This document shows positions 1 to 10,155 of a stretch of 64,000 nt of DNA, piece by piece. The translations under genes were made by a program, and so were the position numbers. Every line of letters starts with the position of its first letter. Position 1 is the first letter of the stretch. The notes beneath the pieces were generated by a model. It searched no databases. It saw only the letters and a list, made by a program, of their open reading frames with translations, and was not told where the DNA came from. The stretch is from Candidatus Heimdallarchaeota archaeon (GTDB lineage Archaea > Asgardarchaeota > Heimdallarchaeia > Heimdallarchaeales > Heimdallarchaeaceae): assembly GCA_016839945.1 (NCBI GenBank), contig JAEOTE010000007.1, positions 21,959 through 85,958 on the forward strand, written 5' to 3'.

Positions 1-390
1 AATTTTGCGATTATCGATTTTGATTCTACTGCTCAGATTCTAAAAGAGATGAATACAACAATTCATCCTGAATCAATAGTTGAACTTATTCTGAATATTG
101 AGAGTAGTGGGAAAACTAATCTTGAGGAGGCTCTTTCTCTTGCGCACAAGCAACTCTCAAAGTGTGTTTCAAAAGAGAAAATAGTTTATTTGATAAGTGA
201 TTTAGAAAGGACAGTTGGTAAAAATCCAATTCCCGTAATAAGTCGAATTCCAGATTTAAGAGTTATCTACGCTCGAACTTATCGAAGAGTTGCATTTGTA
301 GATGAAGTAATTTCACTAAATAATGTCTCAATGAGTGAGTTAAATCAGAATAGCGATCTTATTGATTTGACTTCAAGACTGATCAGTTAG
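1..390 (+). CDS. C-terminal fragment of a von Willebrand factor A (vWA) domain protein; the N-terminus lies upstream of the window
   Basis: The reading frame is open from nt 1 (NFAIIDFDSTAQ...) through the listed ORF 49..390. The motifs GKTNLEEALSLA and KIVYLISDLE resemble the distal half of a vWA/MIDAS fold (G-T-N...A-L, then hydrophobic-LxSDG-like). Confidence 0.45.
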   Translation, partial: NFAIIDFDSTAQILKEMNTTIHPESIVELILNIESSGKTNLEEALSLAHKQLSKCVSKEKIVYLISDLERTVGKNPIPVISRIPDLRVIYARTYRRVAFVDEVISLNNVSMSELNQNSDLIDLTSRLIS

Positions 391-1744
391 TTTTCTTTTG
401 AATTTCCTTTATAATTTTATTATCACTTTTTGTAAAAAGAAGTTGATCCAAAAGTATTATCACAACACCTAAGCCTACTAGAATATATCCTTCAATTTGA
501 GCTTGTTTTCTTTCAATCAAGTATTTTATTTCAATGGTAGCTTCATAGAAAAACGATTGAGTTGTATTCCATTCATCCACCAAGGTTATTAGATATAAAT
601 TGATTTCAGTTTGGGTTTCATTTATTTGAACTGTATATCCATCAGAATTTTGATTCCCTATTAACCTCTTTGAATACAAACTTGATTGTTTCATTTTAGC
701 AACTTGATTATCATATTCCGTAATTAATTGTGAAAATGTTATGTTTCCATCATAGAAATTTAGAGTCAGATTATCAAATGAAGTAAAGAAATTGGAAAAG
801 GTTACATTATTAGTAAGAACAATCGATGAATTATATGGAACAGTACCCGTTTCGCACTGGAAGAAAACCTCTGTTTGAGTATGTGGCTTATTTACGAAAG
901 AGATTCCTAACGTTGGATCAAAATAAGTTAAAGTATTGATGTAATCTGAAGAAACCGAGTAAGTTATCAATCTCGTTCTTCCTATTGATGGGCCAAGTAA
1001 AATTCCTAGTACAATTATGAAATAAGCAAAAATACTGAAACTTCTCTTAGCTCTCCTCCATATATGTGAGATTGTTGTTTTTACTTTCTTCTCTTCTTTT
1101 TCCTCTCTTTTTTTCTTTCTTCTAAATGCAGGAGCTAGGATAACAATTATCCAAACAAGAACAATCAAAATATGCACAGTTATTTGTTCAAGATAAAGAT
1201 CAATGAATTCTCCATAGAGTGCTTCTCTTTCTTGTTGAGAAAGATTTGTTATAAATATACCATGACCTTCAGTTGGGGAATAAATCGTCCAGTCAGGTAT
1301 TATTCCAACTAATGATAAGGGGAAGAATAACCAAGGTTGGTTACTGAATCTTAGATAGACTGTCAAATCATATAAGTTTGGATCTAAAGGCCAGAAAAGA
1401 AGAACTGCACCCCAACTTAGGTCAAGAATAATATGTAGGATCCACATAATTGAAACTAATTTAAAGAAACGAGTAGTCTTTTGTCCTGTTGTTTCAATTG
1501 GTCCTTCATCTTTATTGAACCTTCCAATAATCATGAAACATAGTAGAGTGAACGTTGGAATTATTATGCTGTGAGTGTAAGAACGATGATAACCAAAGAA
1601 AATGTCTAAATCTGGGAGAGTTGCAAAGAGGTTAATTAGAATAAATTCCCACCTATGTTTCTTATAATATGCTTTATCATTTTTTGAAAGTAATAACCAC
1701 ACAGTTAATCCTTGTAATGCTAGATGAGTAGTTGTGTAGGTCAT
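383..1744 (-). CDS. Membrane-bound metal-dependent hydrolase-like protein (YdjM/DUF457-like N-terminal TM domain) with a lysine/arginine-rich linker and a C-terminal extracytoplasmic domain
   Basis: The N-terminus has multiple TM helices and the motif LPDLDIFFGYHRSYTHS typical of the YdjM/DUF457 family. A KR/E-rich stretch (RRKKKREEKEEKK) follows, then another TM and a ~230-aa N/T/S-rich domain with many N-x-S/T sequons. Confidence 0.45.
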   Translation of the reverse strand: MTYTTTHLALQGLTVWLLLSKNDKAYYKKHRWEFILINLFATLPDLDIFFGYHRSYTHSIIIPTFTLLCFMIIGRFNKDEGPIETTGQKTTRFFKLVSIMWILHIILDLSWGAVLLFWPLDPNLYDLTVYLRFSNQPWLFFPLSLVGIIPDWTIYSPTEGHGIFITNLSQQEREALYGEFIDLYLEQITVHILIVLVWIIVILAPAFRRKKKREEKEEKKVKTTISHIWRRAKRSFSIFAYFIIVLGILLGPSIGRTRLITYSVSSDYINTLTYFDPTLGISFVNKPHTQTEVFFQCETGTVPYNSSIVLTNNVTFSNFFTSFDNLTLNFYDGNITFSQLITEYDNQVAKMKQSSLYSKRLIGNQNSDGYTVQINETQTEINLYLITLVDEWNTTQSFFYEATIEIKYLIERKQAQIEGYILVGLGVVIILLDQLLFTKSDNKIIKEIQKKTN

Positions 1745-1904
1745 TTTCTTCTCTAACTTTTAATTCTTTACTTAAAAATACTTTTGCTTAATTTATTATG
1801 TACTTTTTATAGTAATTTTTCTATTTATCTATTGAAAACTTAATGTAAGTAAGATTTATTAGCTATATCAAAATTGAGTAGCTATAGTAGTAAGGTAGAA
1901 GCTT

Positions 1905-4900
1905 ATGGCCATTGAAGATGTACCTCTCCATCCAAAGGATAGTTTTAAAGATTTCATCCTTGATTATCAAGATATAGATGGAAAACATATCTACTCTGAT
2001 CAAATCAGTAAAATGACTATTGAAGGTTTAACTTCTTTTTTTATTAACTATGAGGATGTTGTGGGTCACGATCCTAAATTAGCGGAAGACTTATTGAAAA
2101 ATCCGGAAGATTTCTTAGAAGCTGCAAATTTTGCACTTGAAGAAGTACTGCTTGCCATAGAAGCAGATTTTGTTGAAGCTAAGAAAAAAGATGGAGAAGA
2201 ATTTCGGATTCGTTTTTCAAATACTCCAGAGCAAGTAGATTTACGACACTTAAGGTCCATTCATATGGGAAAATTTGTTTCAATAGAGGGAATTATCATT
2301 CGTCAAAGTGTTGTAAAACCTCTTCTTGTTAAAGGTGTTTTCCAGTGTGATAGCTGCAAAACAGAGATTTTTCCAATTACACAAGAAGGAGGAGTATACA
2401 AAGAACCTAGAAAATGCACTAATCCAAATTGTGGAAAAAAAGGTCCTTTTAAACTTGTACCTGAGAATTCTTCTTTTACAGATTTTCAAACTGTAACCCT
2501 ACAGGAACGTCCTGAAACACTTCCTCCAGGACAAATTCCACGTTCAGTTCCAGCAAGATTAATTGGTGATACAGTTGATACAGTAAGAGCTGGTGACAGG
2601 GCAGTTGCGGCTGGAATTTTACGAATGAGAGCACCACCAAAAGGACGAAAAGCAGGAACTGCAATTTTCGATCCATGGTTGGATGTTAATTTTATATCTT
2701 CCCGAGAAAAAGAATTTGAAGAAATTGAAATAGATCCTGAGACTGAACAACAGATACTTAATTTATCTCAAGATTTGAACATTCATAGGAGAATAATTCG
2801 TTCCATTGCTCCTTCAATTTATGGGATGGAAATAATTAAAGAAGCTTTAGCGACTGTGCTTTTTGGAGGAGTATCAAGACTTGCTCCTGATGGTATGAAA
2901 CAAAGAGGAGATTCTAATCTTCTTCTAGTTGGAGATCCTGGCGTTGCTAAATCACAGTTGCTTCAATATGTTCATAGATTAGCTCCAAGGGGTTTGTTAA
3001 CTTCAGGAAAAGCAAGTTCTGCAGCAGGTTTAACAGCTGCTGTAATAAGAGATCCCGATACTGGTGAGTTCGGTCTTGAAGCAGGAGCTCTTGTACTTGC
3101 TGATAGAGGAATCTGTGCAATTGATGAATTTGACAAAATGAATCCAGTGGATAGATCATCAATACATGAAGCGATGGAACAACAATCTTATCACCCAAGT
3201 TTAGAGATTTCATTCTTAGATGGACACAAACATCAAATTGGTAATTTCGTTGATGGTCTATTCGATGAGTATAAAGAACACATAATCAATGGAAAAGATT
3301 GTGAGATATTACCTTTAAACGGTTTAGATTACCAAGTTCTTACAACTAATTTTCAAAAAATCTACACCACTACAGTTAATAGAGTGAGTCGTCATTTAGC
3401 ACCAGATCATTTTGTTAAGATCACTTATTCAAATGGCAGAGAAATCCTAGTTACACCAGAACATCCAGTATTTATTATGAAAAATGGAAAAATAGAGACT
3501 ATAGAAGCAGAAAAAGTAACTGTAGATACTTTTGTTCCAGGAGTTCGATATTTAGACAACAAAAATAGCACATCATTAATTACTGATTTTGATGCTGGAA
3601 GGAAGAACATTACACTACCAGATACAATTACAGAGGATTTGGCGAAATTCTTAGGATATTACATAACAGAGGGATACTCCTACAAAGGATCTTCTTTAGA
3701 AGTTGGATTAAGCAATACTGACCCAGAGATAATAGAAGATATGATTGATAGTATAAGAAATACATTCAATACTGAACCAATTGATTACGTCGAACAAAAC
3801 AGAACCATTCGTATTATATCATCTGATGTTTATAACTATTTGAAAGAAAATTTTCCTAAGATGATGGTTAAAAGCTATGAAAAGAGAATTGACAAGAAAG
3901 TGTTCTGTATAGAGGAAAACAAAAGGACTGAATTCCTCCGAGCAGCTTTCAAGGGTGATGGATCAATAGAAAGTACCTCAATTTCATATTCTACTTCCTC
4001 AAAAGGTTTAGCTCATGATTATCAAGATCTATTGCTTACTTTAGGAGTAAACTCAAGATTATTCAGTGAAGAATATTCTTTTGGCAAGGAAAAAGAACAG
4101 AGGAGAGTAAGATATAAGGTCTACATAACAGGAGATAGTATAACCAAATTCTCTTCTATGATTTTCGAAAAACCTGAGGTGATTCCTAAACTTATGAAAT
4201 TGATAACAAAGAGTAAAAGATCAAATAGAAAACATGATGTTTTACCTCCAGATGTTGCACATCTTATAATTGATTCTCTTCATAGCTTAGGATTGAGTTA
4301 CGATGGTTATTTCTATCAACATCTAAAGAACAAGTATGGAATAACAACTGATGTTATTAACAAATACTATAACAAAATTACTAGCAGATATTACAGTCTT
4401 CAAGATAAAATCAGTAAAATAAAATCCCCAAAAGAACTCAGAGAACTTTCAAGGTACTCAGCTAGTAAAATGGCTAGATTAGTTGGAATTTCTAGATATA
4501 CACTGTCAAAGTACGAAAAGAATGAGAAGAAAGAACTGCTATCTTTATACCAAAACACATTAGAAAGACAATTAGATCAAGTAAGAAAAAACTTAGTTGA
4601 AATTGATCATCTGAGAGAATTTAGATGGTTGAGAATCAAAAAAACAGAATTAGTTGAAAATAAAGGAGAATTAAAAACAAAGTGGGTTTATGATGTTACA
4701 ATAGAACCTACTGAGAATTTTATCAGTCATGGTATTGTTCTCCACAACACTGTAAGTATAGCAAAAGCTGGTATTGTAGCTCAATTGAATGCTAGAACAG
4801 CTGTTATAGCAGCAGCTAATCCTCGTTTCGGTAGATATGAGGTTACAAGACCTCCAATAGAGAACATAAACTTACCTGCAACTATTCTATCAAGATTTGA

Positions 4901-5549
4901 TCTTATCTTTGTAATAAGAGATGAACCTGATGTTGAAATTGATCGAAAAATGGCTCGTCATATTCTTGAACTTAGAAGAGGTCATATTATTGAGGAAGCT
5001 GAACCTACAATAGAAATGGAACTATTAAGAAAGTATATTAGTTACTCAAAACAGCATATTCAACCCTCTTTAACTGATGAAGCAATGGAAAAAATTGAAG
5101 AATATTATTTGGATTTGCGAAAAGTACATGATGAATCAGCAGCTATAGCTATTACTCCAAGATACTTAGAAGCTATTGTGCGTTTGTCTGAATCTCAAGC
5201 TAGGATGGCACTAAAGGAAGAAGTAACTATTGATCATGTTGAAGCAGCTATAGAATTACTTGATGCTTCATTAAAACAAGTTAGTACTGATCCACTTACA
5301 GGAAGAGTAGATATTGATTACTTGTTATCAGGAACACCTAAAAGTGTGCGTTCAAAATTCGATAAGGTTCTTGACATAATCAGAGATGAAATAAATAAAT
5401 CTAGTTCTGGTAAAGTAGCTATCGATAAAGTGAAGGAGATTGCTAGAGATTTAGATATAGACGCGGAATTTGTGGATAGGGCTATTACTTCTCTTCGAAG
5501 TGATGGAATCATCTTTGAACCCACAAAAGGTTTTATCAAAATGCCGTAA
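1905..5549 (+). CDS. mcm: Minichromosome maintenance (MCM) replicative helicase, interrupted by an in-frame intein
   Basis: C4 zinc finger (CDSC...CTNPNC), Walker A LLLVGDPGVAKSQLL and Walker B CAIDEFDKM. The conserved IHEAMEQQ / TVSIAKAGIVAQLNARTAVIAAANP motif is split by ~520 aa. The C-terminal winged-helix region is present. Confidence 0.93.
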   Translation: MAIEDVPLHPKDSFKDFILDYQDIDGKHIYSDQISKMTIEGLTSFFINYEDVVGHDPKLAEDLLKNPEDFLEAANFALEEVLLAIEADFVEAKKKDGEEFRIRFSNTPEQVDLRHLRSIHMGKFVSIEGIIIRQSVVKPLLVKGVFQCDSCKTEIFPITQEGGVYKEPRKCTNPNCGKKGPFKLVPENSSFTDFQTVTLQERPETLPPGQIPRSVPARLIGDTVDTVRAGDRAVAAGILRMRAPPKGRKAGTAIFDPWLDVNFISSREKEFEEIEIDPETEQQILNLSQDLNIHRRIIRSIAPSIYGMEIIKEALATVLFGGVSRLAPDGMKQRGDSNLLLVGDPGVAKSQLLQYVHRLAPRGLLTSGKASSAAGLTAAVIRDPDTGEFGLEAGALVLADRGICAIDEFDKMNPVDRSSIHEAMEQQSYHPSLEISFLDGHKHQIGNFVDGLFDEYKEHIINGKDCEILPLNGLDYQVLTTNFQKIYTTTVNRVSRHLAPDHFVKITYSNGREILVTPEHPVFIMKNGKIETIEAEKVTVDTFVPGVRYLDNKNSTSLITDFDAGRKNITLPDTITEDLAKFLGYYITEGYSYKGSSLEVGLSNTDPEIIEDMIDSIRNTFNTEPIDYVEQNRTIRIISSDVYNYLKENFPKMMVKSYEKRIDKKVFCIEENKRTEFLRAAFKGDGSIESTSISYSTSSKGLAHDYQDLLLTLGVNSRLFSEEYSFGKEKEQRRVRYKVYITGDSITKFSSMIFEKPEVIPKLMKLITKSKRSNRKHDVLPPDVAHLIIDSLHSLGLSYDGYFYQHLKNKYGITTDVINKYYNKITSRYYSLQDKISKIKSPKELRELSRYSASKMARLVGISRYTLSKYEKNEKKELLSLYQNTLERQLDQVRKNLVEIDHLREFRWLRIKKTELVENKGELKTKWVYDVTIEPTENFISHGIVLHNTVSIAKAGIVAQLNARTAVIAAANPRFGRYEVTRPPIENINLPATILSRFDLIFVIRDEPDVEIDRKMARHILELRRGHIIEEAEPTIEMELLRKYISYSKQHIQPSLTDEAMEKIEEYYLDLRKVHDESAAIAITPRYLEAIVRLSESQARMALKEEVTIDHVEAAIELLDASLKQVSTDPLTGRVDIDYLLSGTPKSVRSKFDKVLDIIRDEINKSSSGKVAIDKVKEIARDLDIDAEFVDRAITSLRSDGIIFEPTKGFIKMP
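3186..4748 (+). mobile_element. Intein with LAGLIDADG homing-endonuclease domain inserted in mcm (521 codons, between EAMEQQ and TVSIAKAGI)
   Basis: The host motif is interrupted exactly after EQQ. The insert ends ...GIVLHN followed by Thr (+1), the classic His-Asn/Thr C-terminal splice junction. Block B TPEHPVF is present, and two LAGLIDADG-type motifs (LAKFLGYYITEGYS and EFLRAAFKGDGSI) are found. The first residue is Ser. Confidence 0.85.
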
Positions 5550-5567
5550 TTATAACGTTGATGTCTA

Positions 5568-7820
5568 ATGAATATTAATGATCTTCCTATTCCTCAAGTT
5601 ATTAAAGAAAAATTAAAAGAAGATGGAATAGAGTCATTATATCCTCCTCAAGTAGATGCAATCAAGAAAGGACTTCTTGAAGGAAATAATCTTGTCGTAG
5701 CAGTTCCTACAGCTTCTGGAAAAACACTAATAGCACTTCTTGCCTGTATTAAAGCATTAGAAGAAACAGGATTAAAAACGCTTTATTTATCCCCTTTAAG
5801 AGCTCTAGCATATGAGAAATATATGGAATTTCGTTCATATCTTGACCTACTAGGTAAGCGAACCATTCTTTTAACTGGTGATTACGATACAGAAGACTCT
5901 AATGCAAAATATGCAGACGCCATAATTGCAACTAATGAAAAGATAGATTCTGCTATAAGACATCAAGCAAAATGGGTAAACCAAATTGGCTTGGTAGTTT
6001 CAGACGAAATACATCTTATAAACGATGCAACTAGAGGACCTACATTAGAAGTTGTTTTAGCTCAATTAAGAAAAGTTAGTAGAACACAAATTCTAGCATT
6101 AAGTGCAACAATAAAAAATGCAGATGAAATTGCTAGATGGTTGGAAGCTGGATTAGTTTCAAGTGATTGGAGACCTGTGAAGTTAAATGAAGGTGTTCTC
6201 TTAGATAACAAAATAAAGTACAAAGAGAACAGAGAAGTAAAAATACCTTTACAATATAAGAATAGTTTTACTAATTTAATAAATCACATCATTAAACAAG
6301 GGAATCAAGCACTGGTATTTGGAACTACTAGAAATATGGCAGAATCAACAGCAAGAAATCTAACTGCTAGAGTAAACAAATCGTTAACTATAGAAGAAAA
6401 ACAAAAATTAAAGGCAGCATCTAGTGAGATTTTAAGAACTGGAGAGCAGACTAAACAATCAAAAAATTTAGCAAAACTAGTGGAACAAGGAGTATCATAT
6501 CACCATGCTGGTTTGAGTCCAAGCCAAAGAAGGATAATAGAGAAAAATTTCAAACAAGGAAATATCAAAATTCTTGGATCTACTCCAACTTTAGCTGCAG
6601 GAATTAATTTACCAGCTCGGTATGTAATAATCAAGAGTGTTTACCGTTATGACGTAACTTTAGGGAGCTACCCTATACCCGTATTAGAATTTAAGCAACA
6701 ATCCGGAAGGGCAGGTAGACCACAGTATGATAAAGAGGGAGATGCTATTGTTATAGCGAAGAACGAATATGATGCGGAAGGTCTTTATCATAGGTATATT
6801 GAAGCTGAAACAGAGGATATAGAATCCAGAATTGCTGCAGAACCAGCGTTAAGAAGAATAGTACTGGGTCAAATTGCAACAGATAATACTCAGACTATAG
6901 ATGAACTAGTTGATTTCATTGGGCAAACATTCTATGGACATAAAGAAGATCCAACAAGCTTAAGTAGCATACTTAGAAAAGTTATAAAATTTCTTCAAGA
7001 AGAAGCTTTGATAACTAATGATCCTGAATATTTGATTCCTACAAGTTTTGGAAGAAGAGTTAGTCAATTATATATTGACCCATTAAGTGGCATAATCATC
7101 AGAGATGGATTGATGAGAGCTAATACAAAGGCTAAAGAATTACTAACTGATATGAGTTTCTTACATTTAGTGTGTGCAACCCCAGATGTAAGATATGTTA
7201 CAATCAAGAAAAACGACGCTATAGCTATAATCAATTATATGAGTGACCATGAAGATGAAATTTTACCACCACTTCCTGTAGATTCTTTTGAACTAGAACT
7301 TTTTATGAGTCAACTAAAAACCGCACTGATTCTTCAAGATTGGATTTCAGAGACTCCTGAGGATTTAATTCTTGATAGACACAGTGTTGGCAGCGGAGAT
7401 GTTTATTCTGTAGTTTCAAATGCAGAATGGTTACTTTATGCAACTAGTGAAATAGCAAAATTACTTGGTTATTCAAACATATCAGTAAATGTTTCTAGCT
7501 TACACAATAGGGTTGTTAATGGTATCAAAAATGAGTTAGTTGACTTAGTTCAAATTCCAGGTATTGGTCGTGTAAGATCCAGATTATTGTTTGATAAAGG
7601 ATACAAAACAAGAGAGATACTTAAAGAAACAGATCCAAAAGAAATACTCAAGATTCCTGGTTTTGGAACAGAATTAGTTAGAGCAATTTTTCTTCACTTG
7701 CTAGGAGAAAAATTTTCAGAAAAAGATATAGGAAAAAATCTTGAATTGAAGGATACAGAAATTGAAGAAACTACTATCTCATTTCCACAAAAATCTTTGG
7801 ATGACTTTTTCTCAAAATAG
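5568..7820 (+). CDS. hel308: Hel308/Hjm-type Ski2-like DNA helicase
   Basis: Walker A AVPTASGKT, DEIH (DExH) box, helicase motifs HHAGL and QQSGRAGR, and a C-terminal helix-hairpin-helix (IPGIGRVRSRLLFDKGY). Its length (~750 aa) is typical of archaeal Hel308. Confidence 0.85.
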   Translation: MNINDLPIPQVIKEKLKEDGIESLYPPQVDAIKKGLLEGNNLVVAVPTASGKTLIALLACIKALEETGLKTLYLSPLRALAYEKYMEFRSYLDLLGKRTILLTGDYDTEDSNAKYADAIIATNEKIDSAIRHQAKWVNQIGLVVSDEIHLINDATRGPTLEVVLAQLRKVSRTQILALSATIKNADEIARWLEAGLVSSDWRPVKLNEGVLLDNKIKYKENREVKIPLQYKNSFTNLINHIIKQGNQALVFGTTRNMAESTARNLTARVNKSLTIEEKQKLKAASSEILRTGEQTKQSKNLAKLVEQGVSYHHAGLSPSQRRIIEKNFKQGNIKILGSTPTLAAGINLPARYVIIKSVYRYDVTLGSYPIPVLEFKQQSGRAGRPQYDKEGDAIVIAKNEYDAEGLYHRYIEAETEDIESRIAAEPALRRIVLGQIATDNTQTIDELVDFIGQTFYGHKEDPTSLSSILRKVIKFLQEEALITNDPEYLIPTSFGRRVSQLYIDPLSGIIIRDGLMRANTKAKELLTDMSFLHLVCATPDVRYVTIKKNDAIAIINYMSDHEDEILPPLPVDSFELELFMSQLKTALILQDWISETPEDLILDRHSVGSGDVYSVVSNAEWLLYATSEIAKLLGYSNISVNVSSLHNRVVNGIKNELVDLVQIPGIGRVRSRLLFDKGYKTREILKETDPKEILKIPGFGTELVRAIFLHLLGEKFSEKDIGKNLELKDTEIEETTISFPQKSLDDFFSK

Positions 7821-7854
7821 CGATACCTTAAATAACTTTCATGAAACATATTGA

Positions 7855-8427
7855 TTGATAGAAGTGATCTCTGAAGATCTTATCTTAGAAGAAATAGAAC
7901 GAATTCAGCATGATTTTGAGGACCTTGATGTTGAAGTAAAATGTGAAGAATCTTTTGATGAATTTGATATTGGAGGAAAAAAAATCAGACTTGTAAAAAG
8001 ATCAACAATAAAATTACCATATTGGTTAGCTGTTCTTCTTGAAGAAGAGAAATATGTTACGATTATTAATCCTCCAAAAATTGATAGAATAATACTAAAC
8101 ACAAAAAGGGTAGAAGAGGAGAAAAATCCGTATAAGCTTCAAGATATCGATAAATACTTCTATTTATCTGCAAAAAAAACTTACCAAGAATTAGTTGAAA
8201 AAGGTAAGATGGCATCTGCTAAAGATAAGGAAACAATGGAGAAAGAGTTATTTAGATTATTAAGAATGAGACTTCCAAAAATTGTTAAAATGGCTGAAAC
8301 TGATGGAATGAATATCAGTAGTCAATCACGTAATTTAACACCTGAAGAACGTTGGTTGTGTAAACTTATCGCCCATGCAGTCAATAAGTGGAGTAAATCA
8401 GTTAATTTTGATATCGATGTAGATTAG
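7855..8427 (+). CDS. Probable GINS complex subunit (Gins23 / Psf2-Psf3-like: N-terminal B-domain, C-terminal helical A-domain); starts with TTG or GTG
   Basis: The N-terminal segment DIGGKKIRLVKRSTIKLPYWLAVLLEEEKYVTII parallels the eukaryotic Psf2 B-domain signature (GG...VEVPLWLAINLKQ..KC.LL), followed by a helical domain. It lies immediately downstream of mcm and hel308. There is no in-frame ATG after the preceding TGA stop; the first candidate starts are TTG 7855 and GTG 7861. Confidence 0.45.
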   Translation: MIEVISEDLILEEIERIQHDFEDLDVEVKCEESFDEFDIGGKKIRLVKRSTIKLPYWLAVLLEEEKYVTIINPPKIDRIILNTKRVEEEKNPYKLQDIDKYFYLSAKKTYQELVEKGKMASAKDKETMEKELFRLLRMRLPKIVKMAETDGMNISSQSRNLTPEERWLCKLIAHAVNKWSKSVNFDIDVD

Positions 8428-8467
8428 ATTACTACAAAGAGGTAATATTTATATCAAAGATTGTTAT

Positions 8468-10090
8468 ATGCATAATGTGCCAAAGTATATCTTTATTTGT
8501 GGAGCTTTAATTTCAGGTTTAGGGAAAGGAGTTGTAACTTCCTCTGTTGGAAGGAACCTTCAGATTAGAGGTAAGAAAATTAATGTCATTAAAATTGATC
8601 CTTATCTCAATATTGATGCAGGAACAATGAATCCTTATGAACATGGTGAAACTTTTGTTACAGCTGACGGATCAGAAATTGATGTTGATTTCGGTCATTA
8701 TGAAAGAATGTTAAACCTAGAGATGAGAGGAGATCAAAATATAACCACAGGACAAGTTTACTTATCTGTCATTGAGAATGAAAGAAAAGGAGAATTTTTA
8801 GGAAAAACTGTTCAAGTAATACCTCACATTACTGATGAAATAAAGAAAAGGATTAAGAGTATTGCTGACATAGATCCCGATTTAGATGCTTTAATAATAG
8901 AAGTAGGAGGGACTATAGGTGATATCGAAAGTCAGCATTTTCTTGAAGCTATTAGACAGCTAAGAAGAGAAACACCAAGTGAAGATTCTCTTGTTGTTCT
9001 AGTGACTTATATCATGGAACCTTCAAACCTGAAAGAACAAAAAACTAAACCTACTCAACATGCTGTAAGAGAATTACAATCGATGGGATTAAGTCCTGAT
9101 ATCGTTGTAACTCGAGGAACAAATGCATTAACAGAAAAAGCAAAACAGAAAATTGTTATGTTTTGTGATGTTCCAGCAAATGCTGTTTTTTCATTACCTG
9201 ATTTAAATAATGTATTAGAAGCTCCTGCTTTTCTTGATAAACAAGGATTTGGATCAACTCTGAATTTAAAATTAAGATTTGAAGATTTTTCAGCTGATTG
9301 GTCTGAAGATATGAGATTGATGGAGAAATTCACAACTGCTGATGATACTATACACATCGCAATTACAGGAAAGTATACTGAATTAGCAGATTCATACATT
9401 AGCGTAAAAGAAGCAATAAAGCATGCAGCTGCACATAATAATGTATTTGCTGCTATAGATTTTGTATCTACAGAAGAATATGAAGAATATCCAGATAGGA
9501 TTCATGAGTTAAATAAATATGATGGTATTTTAGTTCCAGGTGGATTCGGTTCACGTGGAGCTGAAGGTAAGATTAATGTTATAAAATATGCAAGAGAAAA
9601 CCAGATTCCTTTTCTTGGAATTTGTTTTGGTTTTCAATTAGCAGTCATAGAATATGCAAGAAATCTATGCTCTCTTGATGATGCAAATACTTCAGAAATA
9701 AACCAACAGACACCTCATCCAGTAATCGACCTCCTTCCTGAACAAATTGATGTAGATAAGAAAGGAGGAACAATGAGATTAGGAAAACACAGAATCATTC
9801 TTGATGAAAATACTCGATTTCATAACATGTACAAGCAAAACTCAATAGAGGAAAGACATCGTCATAGATATGAAGTTAACCCATCTTACATCAAACAAAT
9901 AAGCGAGAAAGGATTAATTTTTTCAGGTCGTTCAGAGGATGGTATAAGAATGGAAACACTAGAACTTCCGCAACATGAATGTTTCATAGCTGCACAATTT
10001 CATCCTGAATTTCAATCCCATCCAGAAAAGCCATCTCCACCTTACTATGAATTCATTCTAGCTGCTAAAACTCGCTCAAAGAAGCGATAA
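8468..10090 (+). CDS. pyrG: CTP synthase (glutamine-hydrolysing)
   Basis: The N-terminal synthetase signature reads KYIFICGALISGLGKG and DPYLNIDAGTMNPYEHGE. The C-terminal class I glutamine amidotransferase has GICFGFQ (catalytic Cys) and HPEF. Confidence 0.95.
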   Translation: MHNVPKYIFICGALISGLGKGVVTSSVGRNLQIRGKKINVIKIDPYLNIDAGTMNPYEHGETFVTADGSEIDVDFGHYERMLNLEMRGDQNITTGQVYLSVIENERKGEFLGKTVQVIPHITDEIKKRIKSIADIDPDLDALIIEVGGTIGDIESQHFLEAIRQLRRETPSEDSLVVLVTYIMEPSNLKEQKTKPTQHAVRELQSMGLSPDIVVTRGTNALTEKAKQKIVMFCDVPANAVFSLPDLNNVLEAPAFLDKQGFGSTLNLKLRFEDFSADWSEDMRLMEKFTTADDTIHIAITGKYTELADSYISVKEAIKHAAAHNNVFAAIDFVSTEEYEEYPDRIHELNKYDGILVPGGFGSRGAEGKINVIKYARENQIPFLGICFGFQLAVIEYARNLCSLDDANTSEINQQTPHPVIDLLPEQIDVDKKGGTMRLGKHRIILDENTRFHNMYKQNSIEERHRHRYEVNPSYIKQISEKGLIFSGRSEDGIRMETLELPQHECFIAAQFHPEFQSHPEKPSPPYYEFILAAKTRSKKR

Positions 10091-10155
10091 ATATAGAGTT
10101 AAATTTTTCATTTAGTTAATATATTTAAAACTAAATATTATTAGTGGTCAGTAAA

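Noticed and set aside
1745-1904. AT-rich divergent intergenic region upstream of mcm with a duplicated tagctata octamer, considered as a replication origin
   Set aside because: No ORB/mini-ORB-like inverted repeats or orc1/cdc6 gene are nearby. The octamer pair is short and expected by chance in 32% GC DNA. It is more likely divergent promoters.
2066-3610. Several 60-90-aa ORFs antisense to mcm (2066-2260, 2280-2489, 2476-2676, 2947-3213, 3425-3610)
   Set aside because: They lie entirely inside a well-supported MCM coding region on the opposite strand. They have low-complexity or hydrophobic composition typical of antisense frames in AT-rich DNA and no supporting motifs.
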